DNA of 63,055 nt, filler included, from Reticulomyxa filosa (Eukaryota; Protista; Foraminifera): assembly GCA_000512085.1 (NCBI GenBank). It is 20 parts of 20 records of this genome, joined end to end, with 100 filler letters (N's around TTAATTAATTAA, not from the genome) between each part and the next. Parts side by side here need not be neighbours in the genome. Positions count along the whole stretch, not along the records: positions 10,235 to 13,615 come from ASPP01039976.1; positions 13,716 to 21,962 come from ASPP01024383.1; positions 22,063 to 23,874 come from ASPP01021818.1; positions 23,975 to 25,317 come from ASPP01043445.1; 16 more parts are not named here. One strand, 5' to 3'. This document shows, piece by piece, positions 13,261-25,417 of this stretch. The first letter of the stretch is position 1; each line of letters starts with the position of its first letter. The notes beneath the pieces were generated by a model that saw only the letters and a list, made by a program, of their open reading frames with translations, was not told the DNA's origin and made no database searches. The position numbers and the translations under genes are program-made.

Positions 13261-14318
13261 ATCAAGAAAGCAAGAAAGAAGAACAACAGCGAATGCATCA
13301 ATAATAATTAAGAAAATACAAATGGTACCTCCCCCCCCTATCATGGTATCATCAATACAAACATTATTAAATGGACTCATAATCATGGATGCGAGAATTG
13401 CGAACATACAACTATTTTCCAAGACCAATGTATGTCCCTTATCATAAGGCCAACGATAGCGAATGAATTTGGTGTTTAGAAAATGTCCAATTGTATGGTT
13501 GCATTGGAACAGTGGCAAAAAAAGATCTTTCATTTTCAATCGCCTGAGATCTGGATCTTGGTGCTGTCCGATTACTGAAGGCAAGCTTGCCAAGATGAAA
13601 GGAAAAAAAAAAAAANNNNNNNNNNNNNNNNNNNNNNNNNNNNNNNNNNNNNNNNNNNNTTAATTAATTAANNNNNNNNNNNNNNNNNNNNNNNNNNNNN
13701 NNNNNNNNNNNNNNNAGTGTTCAATTTGGTGTCATAATTTGTCCGTTTAACAACCTTTTCAATTTATTTACGTTTTTCATGGTGGGCTATGTCCCTTTGG
13801 GGCGGGGTCCTATAACCATTCTTCTAAAAAAAAAAAAAAAATTTAGTGTTATGATGTAAAATAAAAATGGTATATATGTTTAATTTTTCTGTAGCAAGTC
13901 AATTATAATGAATATGAAAAAGAAAAAATTTATTACTTTTGGAAAAATAAAATTTAAAATTTCGTTTGTAGTGTGCATATTGCTATTGCGTTTCCTTTTT
14001 GTATTGCAACGATCAGTGAGCCAAACAATAATTTTTTGTATAAAGATCTATTCTGTTATTATTTCAGCTAATTTTCCGAGATGCGCTGCTACGTGGTGCC
14101 ATTTACCTGTTATTTCTATTATTAGTGGTGTATATGAATAAGAAGAATTAGAATAGTATATGTGCGTCGCTTTATATACAATCAAACTAATTAATCCATT
14201 GATTATTTATTTTAACGAAATTGAGATTTTCATGAAATTACGAAGTAAAAGAAGCATTACCTAAGTATGTTGTAAATTAATAATGTTGTTAAATTGTTTA
14301 TTAAAATTCTTTAAAATA

Positions 14319-15226
14319 CAGTATTTGTAAAAAAAATCGTACAAACAAAAAAAAGGCTGCTTTTTTAATATTTTTATTGAAAAGAGCTAAAGTAAAAATA
14401 ATTTTGTATAAATAGAATAAATCACATAATATCTTTCATATATGTTGTACTGTATTATCTCTTGCATTTGTTTGAAAAGTTTTGCATATTTCTTTTTACT
14501 AAGTGGTTTGAAAAATTCAATATTAAAAAAAACTATCTTACCAAACAAAAAAAGTTTAAAATTAATTATACTTACTAATAGTAAAGTATTTAACGCAAAA
14601 TAAACAAATAAAAAAGTAAAAAGCATTATGTGAAAGAAATGTGATTAGTTTAAAAATGGAATAGCTTTAATGGAAAGCCTATGCGAAAAGTGTCAAAACA
14701 AGATCTGAATTCAATAGAAAACATTTACCAAATGCAGTACTTACAAAAATGGACTATTTTCCAGAGAAGAGTATATCTTTGATGAATTTAGTAAGCAATG
14801 GTACTAGATTGAAGGTGATTTGTGTGATATATTTATTGATTCAATGCCTAAGCGCGTTCATGTTGTGATAAAGGACAATGTCGATTCCATCAAGTAGTAA
14901 ATTACACATAAAAGTTCTTTTAAACACAAGTGTAAGCGTTTATTAAATTGATTATTTTTTATTTAAAGTTTGATAGAGATTTAATAAAAAAATTTTTGTT
15001 ACAAAAAAAAAGTACAATGTAAAAGCAAGCTAAAAAAATTGAATGTATAACCTTTCAAATAAATGTAAGATATAAGACAGTACAACATAGAGGAAAGATA
15101 GTATGTGATTTGTTTTATATATTTACAAAATTATTTTTACTTTAACTCTTTTCAATAAAGATATACAAGTCAAATACTAAAAAGCAATATTTTTTTTGGG
15201 TGTAAGGTTTTTTTTTTAAACTAATG
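14319..15226 (+). mobile_element. Internally deleted Tc1/mariner element with long TIRs
   Basis: It starts TA|CAGT at 14317-14322. Segment 14371-14490 is the imperfect reverse complement of ~15035-15160. The interior keeps the transposase C-terminal remnants 'DLNSIENI' (~14702) and 'FIDSMPKRVHVVIKDNVDSIK*' (~14832-14900). It ends AATG|TA. Confidence 0.85.
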
Positions 15227-15734
15227 TATTAACTATTACATTATTAATATAATTTTCATCACTTGTAATGGTGAGATCATCATGATATACCGCAGGATAG
15301 AAATTTGGTATGTTACTAAAAGATTAATTCATGGCACCCACTAAAATTATATCGAAAAATGTACTTACAAATAGATCACCTGGATGTAGTCCAGTTTAGA
15401 TTGGATGATTTGACTATTTTGTAAATAAAGAAGAATATGATTTGAATAACAAACAATGAAGGAATCCTAGTTCAAATTAAGTATAAATGTTTAACCTTTT
15501 ACAACAAGTAAACACATTCTTAAAAAATAATAAAGGTGAAGCTCTTAAAAGTTCAATATCGCCTTTGACATTCATTCTCAATTGATTCAATCATAATATT
15601 TCTTTAATTTGTTCTGCAAGTCTTGAAGCAATAATATAACGGCCGATCTACAAAAAAGGTAAAAAATAGCAATGTGTCTTGGTGATCTATCCGGTTTCTT
15701 CGATGCGATAAGTTTTGCACAATATGTAATAATA

Positions 15735-15970
15735 CAGTAGAATGCAAATGAAAGTTGACACATTATATAGATGATTGATTTTCTTCATGAAAAAACCTAA
15801 TTTTTAAAAAAATATCTACAAATTGTGTAGTTCAAATATCATTTCAAATTTAGTTTTTTATTAAATCTTTCCAAATTGTTAAAAAATTTGAATATTTATT
15901 GATTTTTAAAATTTTCGAGAAAAAGTTGGCAATCGATACTGTGTCGTAACCATGAAATTTGCCAACTCTA
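15735..15970. mobile_element. MITE-like repeat copy (TA|CAGTAGAATGCAAA family)
   Basis: Shares its terminus and the internal GATGATTGATTTTCTTCATGAAAA...CCTAATTTTT..AAAATATCTACAAAT with the copies at 25202, 28380 and 59006. Confidence 0.75.
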
Positions 15971-16823
15971 GATGACTTGAATATTGTTAACTTTTTTGAT
16001 AGATAGTATCTTAACTTACCATTTTATATAACATTTATTGTCTTATTTTTTTTAGAAAATAACAATGAAAATATTTAGCACAACAGACTTTACTTATCAA
16101 AGTTGGAATCTGTATTGCTTGTGGACATTGGAAAAATTTTAACAGTTTTTTATGCATTTTTTGTTGAGTCAGAGCTTCTTGGACACAGGGCCGTCAATGT
16201 GTCTACTTAACGAATATCGAATTGAGTAAAAAAGCTATCATTTTTGTGCACTATTTGTTGTTCCTCTTTTGCTCCATAAATAAAACAACAACCAATCGCA
16301 ATAAAAGCCTTTGTGTATCCCACGATGTCTATAATATATGAAAGACATACAAAATATAAACAGCTACATAGGAAATATATTTTCACTTTTTTAAACTTGA
16401 TATTCTTCAAATATTAAAAAAGACTGGAAGAATGAAATTAGACCTACTTTTGCTATTATTTACATTTTTTATTAAAAACTACTTACCAGCATCATAAATT
16501 GAATGGAGAATATATCAATTTAATTAGTTCGGTATAAATTATTTTTTTCTCTTTATTGATTGTTACAATTTACTAGTTCAATGTTCAATTGTTGCCACAT
16601 TGTTGCTGGCCACTATAAATACTTATCGTCTTTTGATTACTTGCAATAACTCAACAAACAGATTTAAAGTACACATAATCTAGTATTACAATGCATTTTG
16701 TCCGCCTGCAAAAATCTTTCAAATGATCGTATTTGACATTTTCTACTTCTTAAATCCGACAAAAAGAGTTGTGTGTGAGTACATTTTTAAGTAAAACAGA
16801 TTTATATTATTCATTGCATAAAC

Positions 16824-17550
16824 ATGCGGACTGGAGAAATAGCGTTTATTGTTTTATTGGTCCTGTGGCTGATAGCAATAGTTTGGTGCATTTACGCCAT
16901 ATCAGTGTTCTGGCAGAGCCGCTTTGACGCAATGATGGCAAAAAGAAAGCCAGGATTGACACTCTTGGCGCTGATATGTTTTATCATAGTTGCATCTTGT
17001 CGATGGCTCGCATTTGCGGCTGATTTGTGGCCAAGAGTAATGTCGTGGGTATCTCACCGTGAAATTTCCTTGCTCTTGTCTCATTTGACAGTAGTGCCAC
17101 TAGGAATGTTATTAGTGAAAACATGGCTGTGTTATTTTGATTGGCAACAAAACTTGGACCTGTTGAATTTGAAGTGGACAACAAAATTAGAGATTAATGA
17201 CAATCCTTGGACGGTTCGATACGGCAAGTATTTGGGGAACGTAAAATTTTTGTGTACATTTATCGGTATGTATTTTGTGGTAGTGTTTGTAACGCTGGAT
17301 ATAATTTTGGAGATGAATAATGGCAATCATGGTGCATGGTCGTTTCAAGGTGCAGTGCTAGTCTTTTATGGCTCATTTATAGTGGGCTTTATTTACCCAT
17401 TCTCTCACATCCAAAAATGTCAAGACTTATGGGATATCCGAGGTTTATTTATTTTATTTTATTTTATTTTTTATATAAATCATTTATGGACCAACTTTTG
17501 TGTAACAGTATAAATATACGTACACGCTAATATATGTATATGCAAACATG

Positions 17551-17588
<38 letters not shown>

Positions 17589-19438
17589 GGGGGGTGTTCG
17601 CTTGCAAAGATGAAATTCGTTATATTGCAGGAGCAATATTTACCTGTTTTTAGTACTTGTGCTGATGTTCGTCTTCACGCATACAAGGGTATGGCAACGA
17701 TATGCAATGATGTGTTTAATTGGGATACTCGGCTGCTTACTATTGACATATATTATGTGTGTATGGGTAAGCTCATTATTTGTTTATAAAACACGTCATC
17801 AAAACAAATAAATGCATGTACATATACACGTATATGCAATCCCCTTTTTTTTTTTTTTTTTTTAAAAAAAAGACAATTCATCGAAGCAATTATCGTAACT
17901 TACGGATGCAATTGAAAATGGATCTGAAAATCGAAAGTGTCTCTTCTTTTCATTATCAAGCACGAGCTCAGAGTACGTCTCGGCATGACGAGGTTAATGA
18001 ACGAAGCATTTCTCCGATGGCGCAAGAGCAACTGCAGTCTCAAACCCAAAAACAAAATGATAGTGCGCCGTCGCAGTCAAACCAAAGCGACCAATATAAA
18101 AATTGGTGTGGATACATGCGATGCTGCTTTCTAAGTGCCAATCGAATTGCGACTCCCGTCTTCAATACCAATGACCAATCCAACACTCTGCGACGCGACA
18201 ACAACCGAGCCACCTCTCCCTCCGTTTTGGTCGAAACCCATCACAAGCACGGTCTCGACAGGCGTGTCACGGGTATTGTCAAGTTGTCTGACGTGTTGGC
18301 CATCAGAGAAGGGTTTCAAGCCTTTTGTCATCACTTGTGCAGAGAATATTCTTTGGAGGTTCGCTTTTTATTTTTATTTGTATATGTGCGTGCGTCCATG
18401 CGTACATGTATATACGTATACAATTTGCTATTATTAGTACATGTTTTGTTTATGTATTTGTTTTGGACATGCATACAGCATTTATTGTTTATGGTTCAAT
18501 ATTTACAACTAAAGCGAGTGATCTCGAAAAATCAGTTTTTAATATATACATATATGTATGTATATAAAAAAAAAGAGGGGGATGACTATATGTGTATACT
18601 TTGGAGGGGGCGCGGGGGGGGGGGGGGAAAAAAAAGAATAGTGGAGGAAAGTGAGATAGGAATGGACTTGAATCTTCCTAAAGATGTGTTTCGATTATCG
18701 GAGAACAACAAAAGTATAGCGGCAATGAGCTCGACACACGGATCGAAAGACGGAGGCGGGTCTCCCACTCCTGCGAGGCCGGTTGTAATGAATATCCCAT
18801 TGCCGGAGCTAAAAATGGAAAGATCAGCCTCCAAATCAGCCTCCGGACCAAAACAAGACCACGAAAGCAGTCCTGAAGACAATCCCATTGCTTTGGATAT
18901 CTTTGTGGCCTTTGTCAATCTCTATCACAGATATATCCCTGATTCCGCGTCTTCATCGGTCAATATCAGTCATCAAGGTTTAGTTTTCTTTTTTTTTTTT
19001 GGAGGGAGTCGGACTTTTTTGGGCTCTCCCTTCTCTCACTCCATCTTTTTTAAAACTTCTTTTTAAATGTATTAATACAGTTCGATTCGATATCACCATT
19101 CTTATCAACCAAGTCAAAAGCCAGCTTGATTGCGATGTCGCTCCAAACGTCGAAGACACCAAACTTTTGATCAAAAAGCTTATTGTGGTATTTGATCGTG
19201 CTTTAAAAGAAGTGTTTAGTTTATTTGCTTGTTTTAAACAAACAAAGGGAAATAGCAAAATAAATAAATAAAAATGACAGATATCTCTTGCTCTCAAGAG
19301 ACTCATTTGGACGATTTGTTGCATCCGAAGAGTTAAATTCCGTCTGTTTTTTTTGCTTTGTTTGCCAAATGTTGCTGTGACACTGCAAATATTCACAGAT
19401 ACGAAAAAATTTTAGAAGTTTACTTTCATCGAAAGTAA
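16824..19438 (+). CDS. 7TM-RGS receptor-GAP protein (multi-exon)
   Basis: Exon 1 has five hydrophobic helices and exon 2 (~17610-17766) has two more; exon 2 needs one extra T at ~17641, probably a homopolymer error. The RGS box follows: 'LSDVLAIREGFQAFCHHLCREYSLE/HLLFMVQY...LYHRYIPDSASSSVNISHQ...VFDRALKEVYLLLSRDSFGRFVASEEY'. Stop TAA at 19436-19438. Confidence 0.85.
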
Positions 19439-19760
19439 ATGCAATGCTTTCCTTATGTAATATAAATAAATAAACTATATACAAAATTACTTTTGTTATT
19501 TTTTTTATATCTATATTTGTCGTAACAATGAAATTCAAACATCACTCTATCAACGATGTAAAAACATAACAAAAAAAATAAAGTTAAAAATGTTAAACAA
19601 GTTTATATCTGGCGATTGCAACTGAAGTTTATTTTTAAAATTCTTTTGTTGTTACTGTTTCTATGAGAAAATTCTTTTTCATTTTTCCGCATTAAGAATG
19701 ATCCATACTTTCCTCTTAATTATCAACGAAACGGAAGTACATGTCAAAACAAGTTAAGTT

Positions 19761-19905
19761 TTTAACTTTTCTCTTAAATGTTGTGAAGAATGCTCAAGAA
19801 AATTCCTTAAAAAAACTGGACCAACAGAAATGCAAAGAAAAATATGCAATTGCAACGACAATGACTTTGCGGACCTAACAATGACCACAAACCTTAGCTA
19901 AGCAA
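19761..19905 (+). repeat. Left arm of ~140-bp inverted repeat (partner 21825-21962)
   Basis: TTTAACTTTTCTCTTAAATGTTGTGAAGAATGCTCAAGAAAATT... is the reverse complement of ...AATTTTCTTGAGCATTCTTCACAACATTTAAGAGAAAAGTTAAA. Confidence 0.9.
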
Positions 19906-20637
19906 TTTTTTGAAAAAAATTATTAAAAATTTGGTTATAAAGTTGCACTATGTTGATCACAAAATGATGCATTCATTAAGCCCTTTTTGCTTAGTGAATT
20001 TAGTTGGTGTCAACGCAGTGAAGTAGTCTCTATAATGTTCAACTCACCTCCACTTTTGTATCATCAATTGTCATAAATTTTTTTTACTCACACGTGAGAT
20101 GTGTTGACTGTTGCTTGACTGGCACAAATTAATATAACATTGTTTTTGTAATTTGTAATAAAAATCAAGTTCAAAAGAATATTGGAACTTTGCATAAATA
20201 AAAAATAGTTTTTTATTCTCTCTTTGGCCTCCGAAGATTTATGCATAAGTCCAAGTGAGGATCATTTAACTTGCTATTATTATATGTAATTTTTTCATTT
20301 TAGCTCTTTTAATTTTTTGTTCAAAGACCATAAATGTTATCGCATATTTGACTTGTCTGTCACAAAAAATAGACCAAAATCAGAACGAAAAAACTCCAAC
20401 AAAATAACGCAAAAAAATTTAAAATCAATCGATACTCTACTCTCTTACCTCGCAGTTCAGTGTTGCAGTTGTCATCTCAGCAGAAATTTTTTTATATTTT
20501 CCATGCAGTTCGTTTGTATATCATTGTAATGAGATGTACAGTAGGTTGCAAAGAAAAGCGATAAAACTAGAGGCTCCAAAAAAAAAGAGCTGAAAGGATT
20601 AAAAACATAGTGCTAGTTGGAAATTTGAAAAGAGGCA

Positions 20638-20995
20638 TTATGGATGTTTAATCGCATATAATCTGTAAGCTTTGTTGCTATTAAGATAGTTTTCTCTTAA
20701 TGTTCTGACGTGCCATGGCTGACCTTTCCATTGACCAAACTTGACCAATATAAATTGCCGCATGGCCTGCACAGTTATCATTTGTAAGTGAAGCTATTGC
20801 TGTGCCTTCTTTAATGTTATTTTCATACAATTTTATTCCTGGTGTCCAACTCGCTGTTTTGTCTAAAATCCATTTTCCGTGATAATCATAAAATACCTTT
20901 TGCACGCTGTATGCACATTCACCAGCGTAGTTGCTATCACCTTTGACAATCACTTTTACTTCATATTTTTTTGCATGTTCTAAAACAATATTCAA
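20638..20995 (-). pseudogene. Tae2/Dae2-like (BPSL0067 family) peptidoglycan amidase, frameshifted
   Basis: 'YAGECAYSVQ...TASWTPGIKL...IKEGTAIASL...GHAAIYIGQ' carries the Cys/His dyad. After a frameshift at ~20735 it continues 'QWKGQPWHVRTLR...SNKAYRLYAIKHP*', matching the family's DQWxGQPVxxRTxR...SN..Y.I tail. Confidence 0.8.
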
Positions 20996-21824
20996 AAAAA
21001 AGAGACAATATTATATTGTATAAGCAATTTTTTAATGACTAATCATTAATCGCTTGCAATTGTGCTTCAAACTAAATTATATCATTTAAATATACTTTGT
21101 TATATACTAACATCAATGCTCTCGTTATAGTCTTTCTGGCTAAATTCCTAAATGAAAGTGATATAAATATTTTTATACACCTTCAAATATTCACAACTTT
21201 TCTTTCATTGTTCAATATATTCTTAAACATTCGTTTGTATGTTTCCACCAATTGTTTCAAATCCTCAAAATGATTGTTCCAATCTTATTTTCCACTTCAG
21301 AACAGAAATTCTGATTGACTGAATTTCTTGTACATCATGTTAATATCTTTACTTTTTTCTTTATTATCAAGTATCGCTTTTATTTATATGAATATATTTT
21401 TAAATTTTTTTATATTAATCAACAACAAATATAATCAAAAAAAAAATTCGAACAATTTTTAACATTTAAATCTATAATTTCTTGTTCTTGTTGAGTTCAT
21501 TACAAACATCCATCAAGTCATCGTCGTTGTTAATTTGATATGTTGGTTTTCTTTCTTTAAAGACCTTGGTAAGCGCACCCTAGCAATGACAAGCGCTTAG
21601 TCTTGTCACCAAAGACTTTTATCCAAAAATGTAAAAAAAAAATTATGCTTCTTTCAATGAAAAACTTATACGCCAAAAATTGTAAGGATTAATAGTTGCA
21701 CTAAACATTATTATATCATTAAAAATCACATTTTATCTTTTTATCTTAACTATTTGAACAAATAATTTTTGGAATCAAACATTGTTACATATTGACACCA
21801 CAATTATGATTAATCTACTTTCTG

Positions 21825-21962
21825 TTGCTTAGCCAAGGTTTGTGGTCATTGTTGCGTCCATAAAGTCTTTGCCATTGTATATTTTCTTTGCATTTCTGTT
21901 AGTCTAGTTTTTTAAAGAAATTTTCTTGAGCATTCTTCACAACATTTAAGAGAAAAGTTAAA
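21825..21962 (-). repeat. Right arm of inverted repeat (runs into contig end)
   Basis: Reverse-complement match to 19761-19905. Confidence 0.9.
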
Positions 21963-22062
21963 NNNNNNNNNNNNNNNNNNNNNNNNNNNNNNNNNNNNNN
22001 NNNNNNTTAATTAATTAANNNNNNNNNNNNNNNNNNNNNNNNNNNNNNNNNNNNNNNNNNNN

Positions 22063-23838
22063 GAATGATCAAGATCGACATGATTGCATCGAATACATCA
22101 ATGCCAATTGCACGGAATTGTCTGCATGGAAGTGGTTCTTTTCATTGATCATTAAGATTCCATCAGAAGATGAAAAGGGTTCTTTCAAAACAATACAGAG
22201 ACATGCGATGCTTGAGAGTAGGAATGATGACAACAACACAGAGAAGAAAAAGATAGATCCTCAGCTATCACAAAGCAAAGATGAGCAAGAAAATACGATA
22301 TCAACGCAATCGGACTATTTAAAAAAGCAATTGAAGTATTGTATTGTGTGTATTGGCTGGAAGGACTTAATAGACAAGTATGAACGGCAAATCATGACTC
22401 TAGGACAGTTACATGGTTTTATGAAAAAGACATTTGGACAGTTATGCAACATAATAAAAAACGGCCAAATGAATTATTCGCTGTATCAATTTGTCAAAAC
22501 AGACCGCAATGAGATGTTAATGAAATCGTTTTGCTCTACGTGCATGGATTTGCAGTTATGGACGTCCACGAATGAAAAATTGGACTCTGAAATTGCACAA
22601 TTTGATGAACTCAAAAGCTTGCAACAAAATCTTCATATTGTGTCGGAGGAGTATTTCGTCAAAACTCCGAACGAATTTGAAGCATTTAATGCATTTTCGA
22701 AAGAATGGGAGTATTGCACTTTGTTACATATACAAACGCAGTACAAAGAACAATTACAACTGTTAAAAAATTTTGCAAAGAACTTTCAGCTTATGGTAAA
22801 TCGAAAAGACAGTTCAGTATTTCGTGTTATGTGGAACAATAATATGAAAAAATTTCGTGCAAAGATAGCACAAACATCTCTTCCATTGGAACCTTCTGCT
22901 CCTGCTCAAGCCATACCCTATAGAAAACAGAGCAAGCTAGAACACCATATTCGACAATTTTCCGTTGATAATTACATGCAGATATTCGAAATTGCAAATG
23001 CTGAATGGGAGCATCTATCCGAAGTTATTTTAAACTGTTTGTTGCATCAAACAATTGTAACTCCACATTTTTTTTGAAAAAAAAGGGAATACAAAAAAAT
23101 ACGTTGCAATTTGCCGATTCGCAATGGTTCAAACATTTGAATTGGAAATTGGAAATGAATATGTTGCTTCCGGATATAAAAGAAGAAGAAGTGGACAAAA
23201 TAAGACAGACCAAAATGCAACAGATAACAGGTGCAATTCGGCTGCACGAATGGAGTTTTGCATGGAAGAAATTGAAACAAGCGACAGAAATAATTCAAAG
23301 ATGCCACAAAGATACAATGAATATCGAACATGACCAAACATGGCAGACATTTGAACAAACGCTATCTGCAATCGACCGACTGTTACAAGAATTGCAAGAG
23401 AAGAAAAAAGTGGAGATTAGAGACGCAGCGGAATTGTATGATGCCTGCGTCAAATATGGGAGAGATGTGGTCGAACACGTATTGAAGTTGGGATTGATCA
23501 TTGAAAACGAAGACAAGCTCAAGGAATTTGCGACGAATGAATTGTTTATGGACATGGAAAAATTTGACTTTACCATGAAGACGTTGGAGGGGTCTCGACA
23601 AAAGTATCGCCACTTGGCAACGACATTGCGCCAAGTGCATCCCCTGATGCAGGAGAGCATATGGATGAAGCGCTTTGAAACCATGACTGCATTGGCCATG
23701 GCACTGCTGCAGCTTCCCAACGACAGATCAACCTTTGTGATATTATTAGGGGAGTGTTTGCATAACAAATGCTTGCCATCGGCATTCCAAAATCTGAGAG
23801 AGAAGGGGATACAGCTGCGACTGAGTCCACGACTATGA
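22063..23838 (+). CDS. Fragment of a large helical protein of unknown function (two exons)
   Basis: Two long ORFs (319 and 277 aa) can be joined by a GT-AG intron at ~23024-23086. Composition is helical; no motif was recognised. Confidence 0.65.
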
Positions 23839-25201
23839 TCAATTCCAAGAAACATCGCAGATTGGCAAGTGGATNNNNNNNNNNNNNNNNNNNNNNNNNN
23901 NNNNNNNNNNNNNNNNNNTTAATTAATTAANNNNNNNNNNNNNNNNNNNNNNNNNNNNNNNNNNNNNNNNNNNNTGTCAATATACTCATTCCAAAAATAT
24001 ATCATTAGCCAATTAAAATATACTGCATATCTTCATCATTTAATACATTGCTTTGACTATTCATTTAAATTGAATCAATCACAAAAATATTTTTCATTAT
24101 TATTATTTTATCAAATATATCTAAAATAAATACAATAAAATATTTCACAAATAATATCTTTATTAATTTATTTCATTTGTAAAGCTTGACATAATTTTTT
24201 TTAAATTTAATTCATTACAACATTTTGGTAAATGATATACGAATAAAATGGATAATATGGAATTATTTTCATAGATTTATTCAAAGAATCAAGAGTTTTT
24301 GTTGTTTCAGGTGGCCCATTGTTTTTTTGATATTATCAAAATTGTAAAACAGAAAAGAGTTCCATTAAGAGTACTGAGAAAAAAACCTTTGAGCTGTAAC
24401 GAACTTTTGATAGAATTCAATCTTCTTTTTTAATTTAAATAGTTAAAACAAGTGATATTGTTTACCAATAAACAACATCAAACTTATAAAAAAAACGAAA
24501 ATTCACATAACAAAACAACCATAAAATTACAAATATAAATATGAAAGTGTAAAAATAGAATTTTATTGAGGAAAAAACATGGTACGGTTCAACTTAAGAA
24601 AAAAAAGTTGAAACATTTCTTCCCCTTACGTCATCTAAACTAGCCCAAGAGACTGGCTACTGTTGATAATGAAAAGCAAACTCCATTTCAACTGACATTA
24701 GTAAACTTCATTCTACCTTTCAAAGGGTTTTCTATCTTGTGTTTCTTGTATTTTTTGCACAGTCAGAATTAATAATTGGACATTGGGCTCGAACATTAAA
24801 GATTAAATTAGGAGATTTATGATTTTAACAAAATTATTACTAACTATGTTATGTTTATTTATTTTTTATTTTTGATTTGTAGGGCAAGCCCCTATTATAC
24901 ATGGCTGAACTCTTATGGAACTGAGGAGCTCCCCTGGGTTAAACTTCTCCACAAACCTTCTTCACTTCTTGTTTAGTCTTTCCTTTTTACTTACTGAGTT
25001 ATTTATTTTGGTTATTTAGTTTATTTTGTTTTACTGAAACCCACTCTCAATTCGAGTAAAATCTTTTCGTATTACATTTAGTGTAGCTCTCTACAGTAGA
25101 CACCCCACAGATTCGATAATCAAATGTTTTATTTATTTAATATAGTTAGCTACAACTTCATGTTATATACGTTTTATTCATCATTAAAATTACTCAAAAT
25201 A

Positions 25202-25317
25202 CAGTATAATGCAAAATAAAGTTGACACCTAAAACAGCACCTTATAGAGATGATTGATTTTCTTCATGAAAATACAACATTCAGACCTAATTTTTTTTAA
25301 AAAAATATCTACAAATC
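25202..25317. mobile_element. MITE-like repeat copy, truncated by contig end
   Basis: TA|CAGTATAATGCAAAATAAAGTTGACAC...; same family as 15735. Confidence 0.7.
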
Positions 25318-25417
25318 NNNNNNNNNNNNNNNNNNNNNNNNNNNNNNNNNNNNNNNNNNNNTTAATTAATTAANNNNNNNNNNNNNNNNNNNNNNNNNNN
25401 NNNNNNNNNNNNNNNNN

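Noticed and set aside
17630-17660. Frameshifts in otherwise intact genes (also ~34835, ~40720, ~51435) as programmed frameshifting
   Set aside because: All are +/-1 changes in homopolymer runs, and the bacterial contig shows the same error type. Sequencing error is the simpler explanation.
22063-23838. Possible RNF213-like giant ATPase fragment
   Set aside because: Only a general helical resemblance; no Walker or RING motif lies in the fragment, so it is left as unknown.
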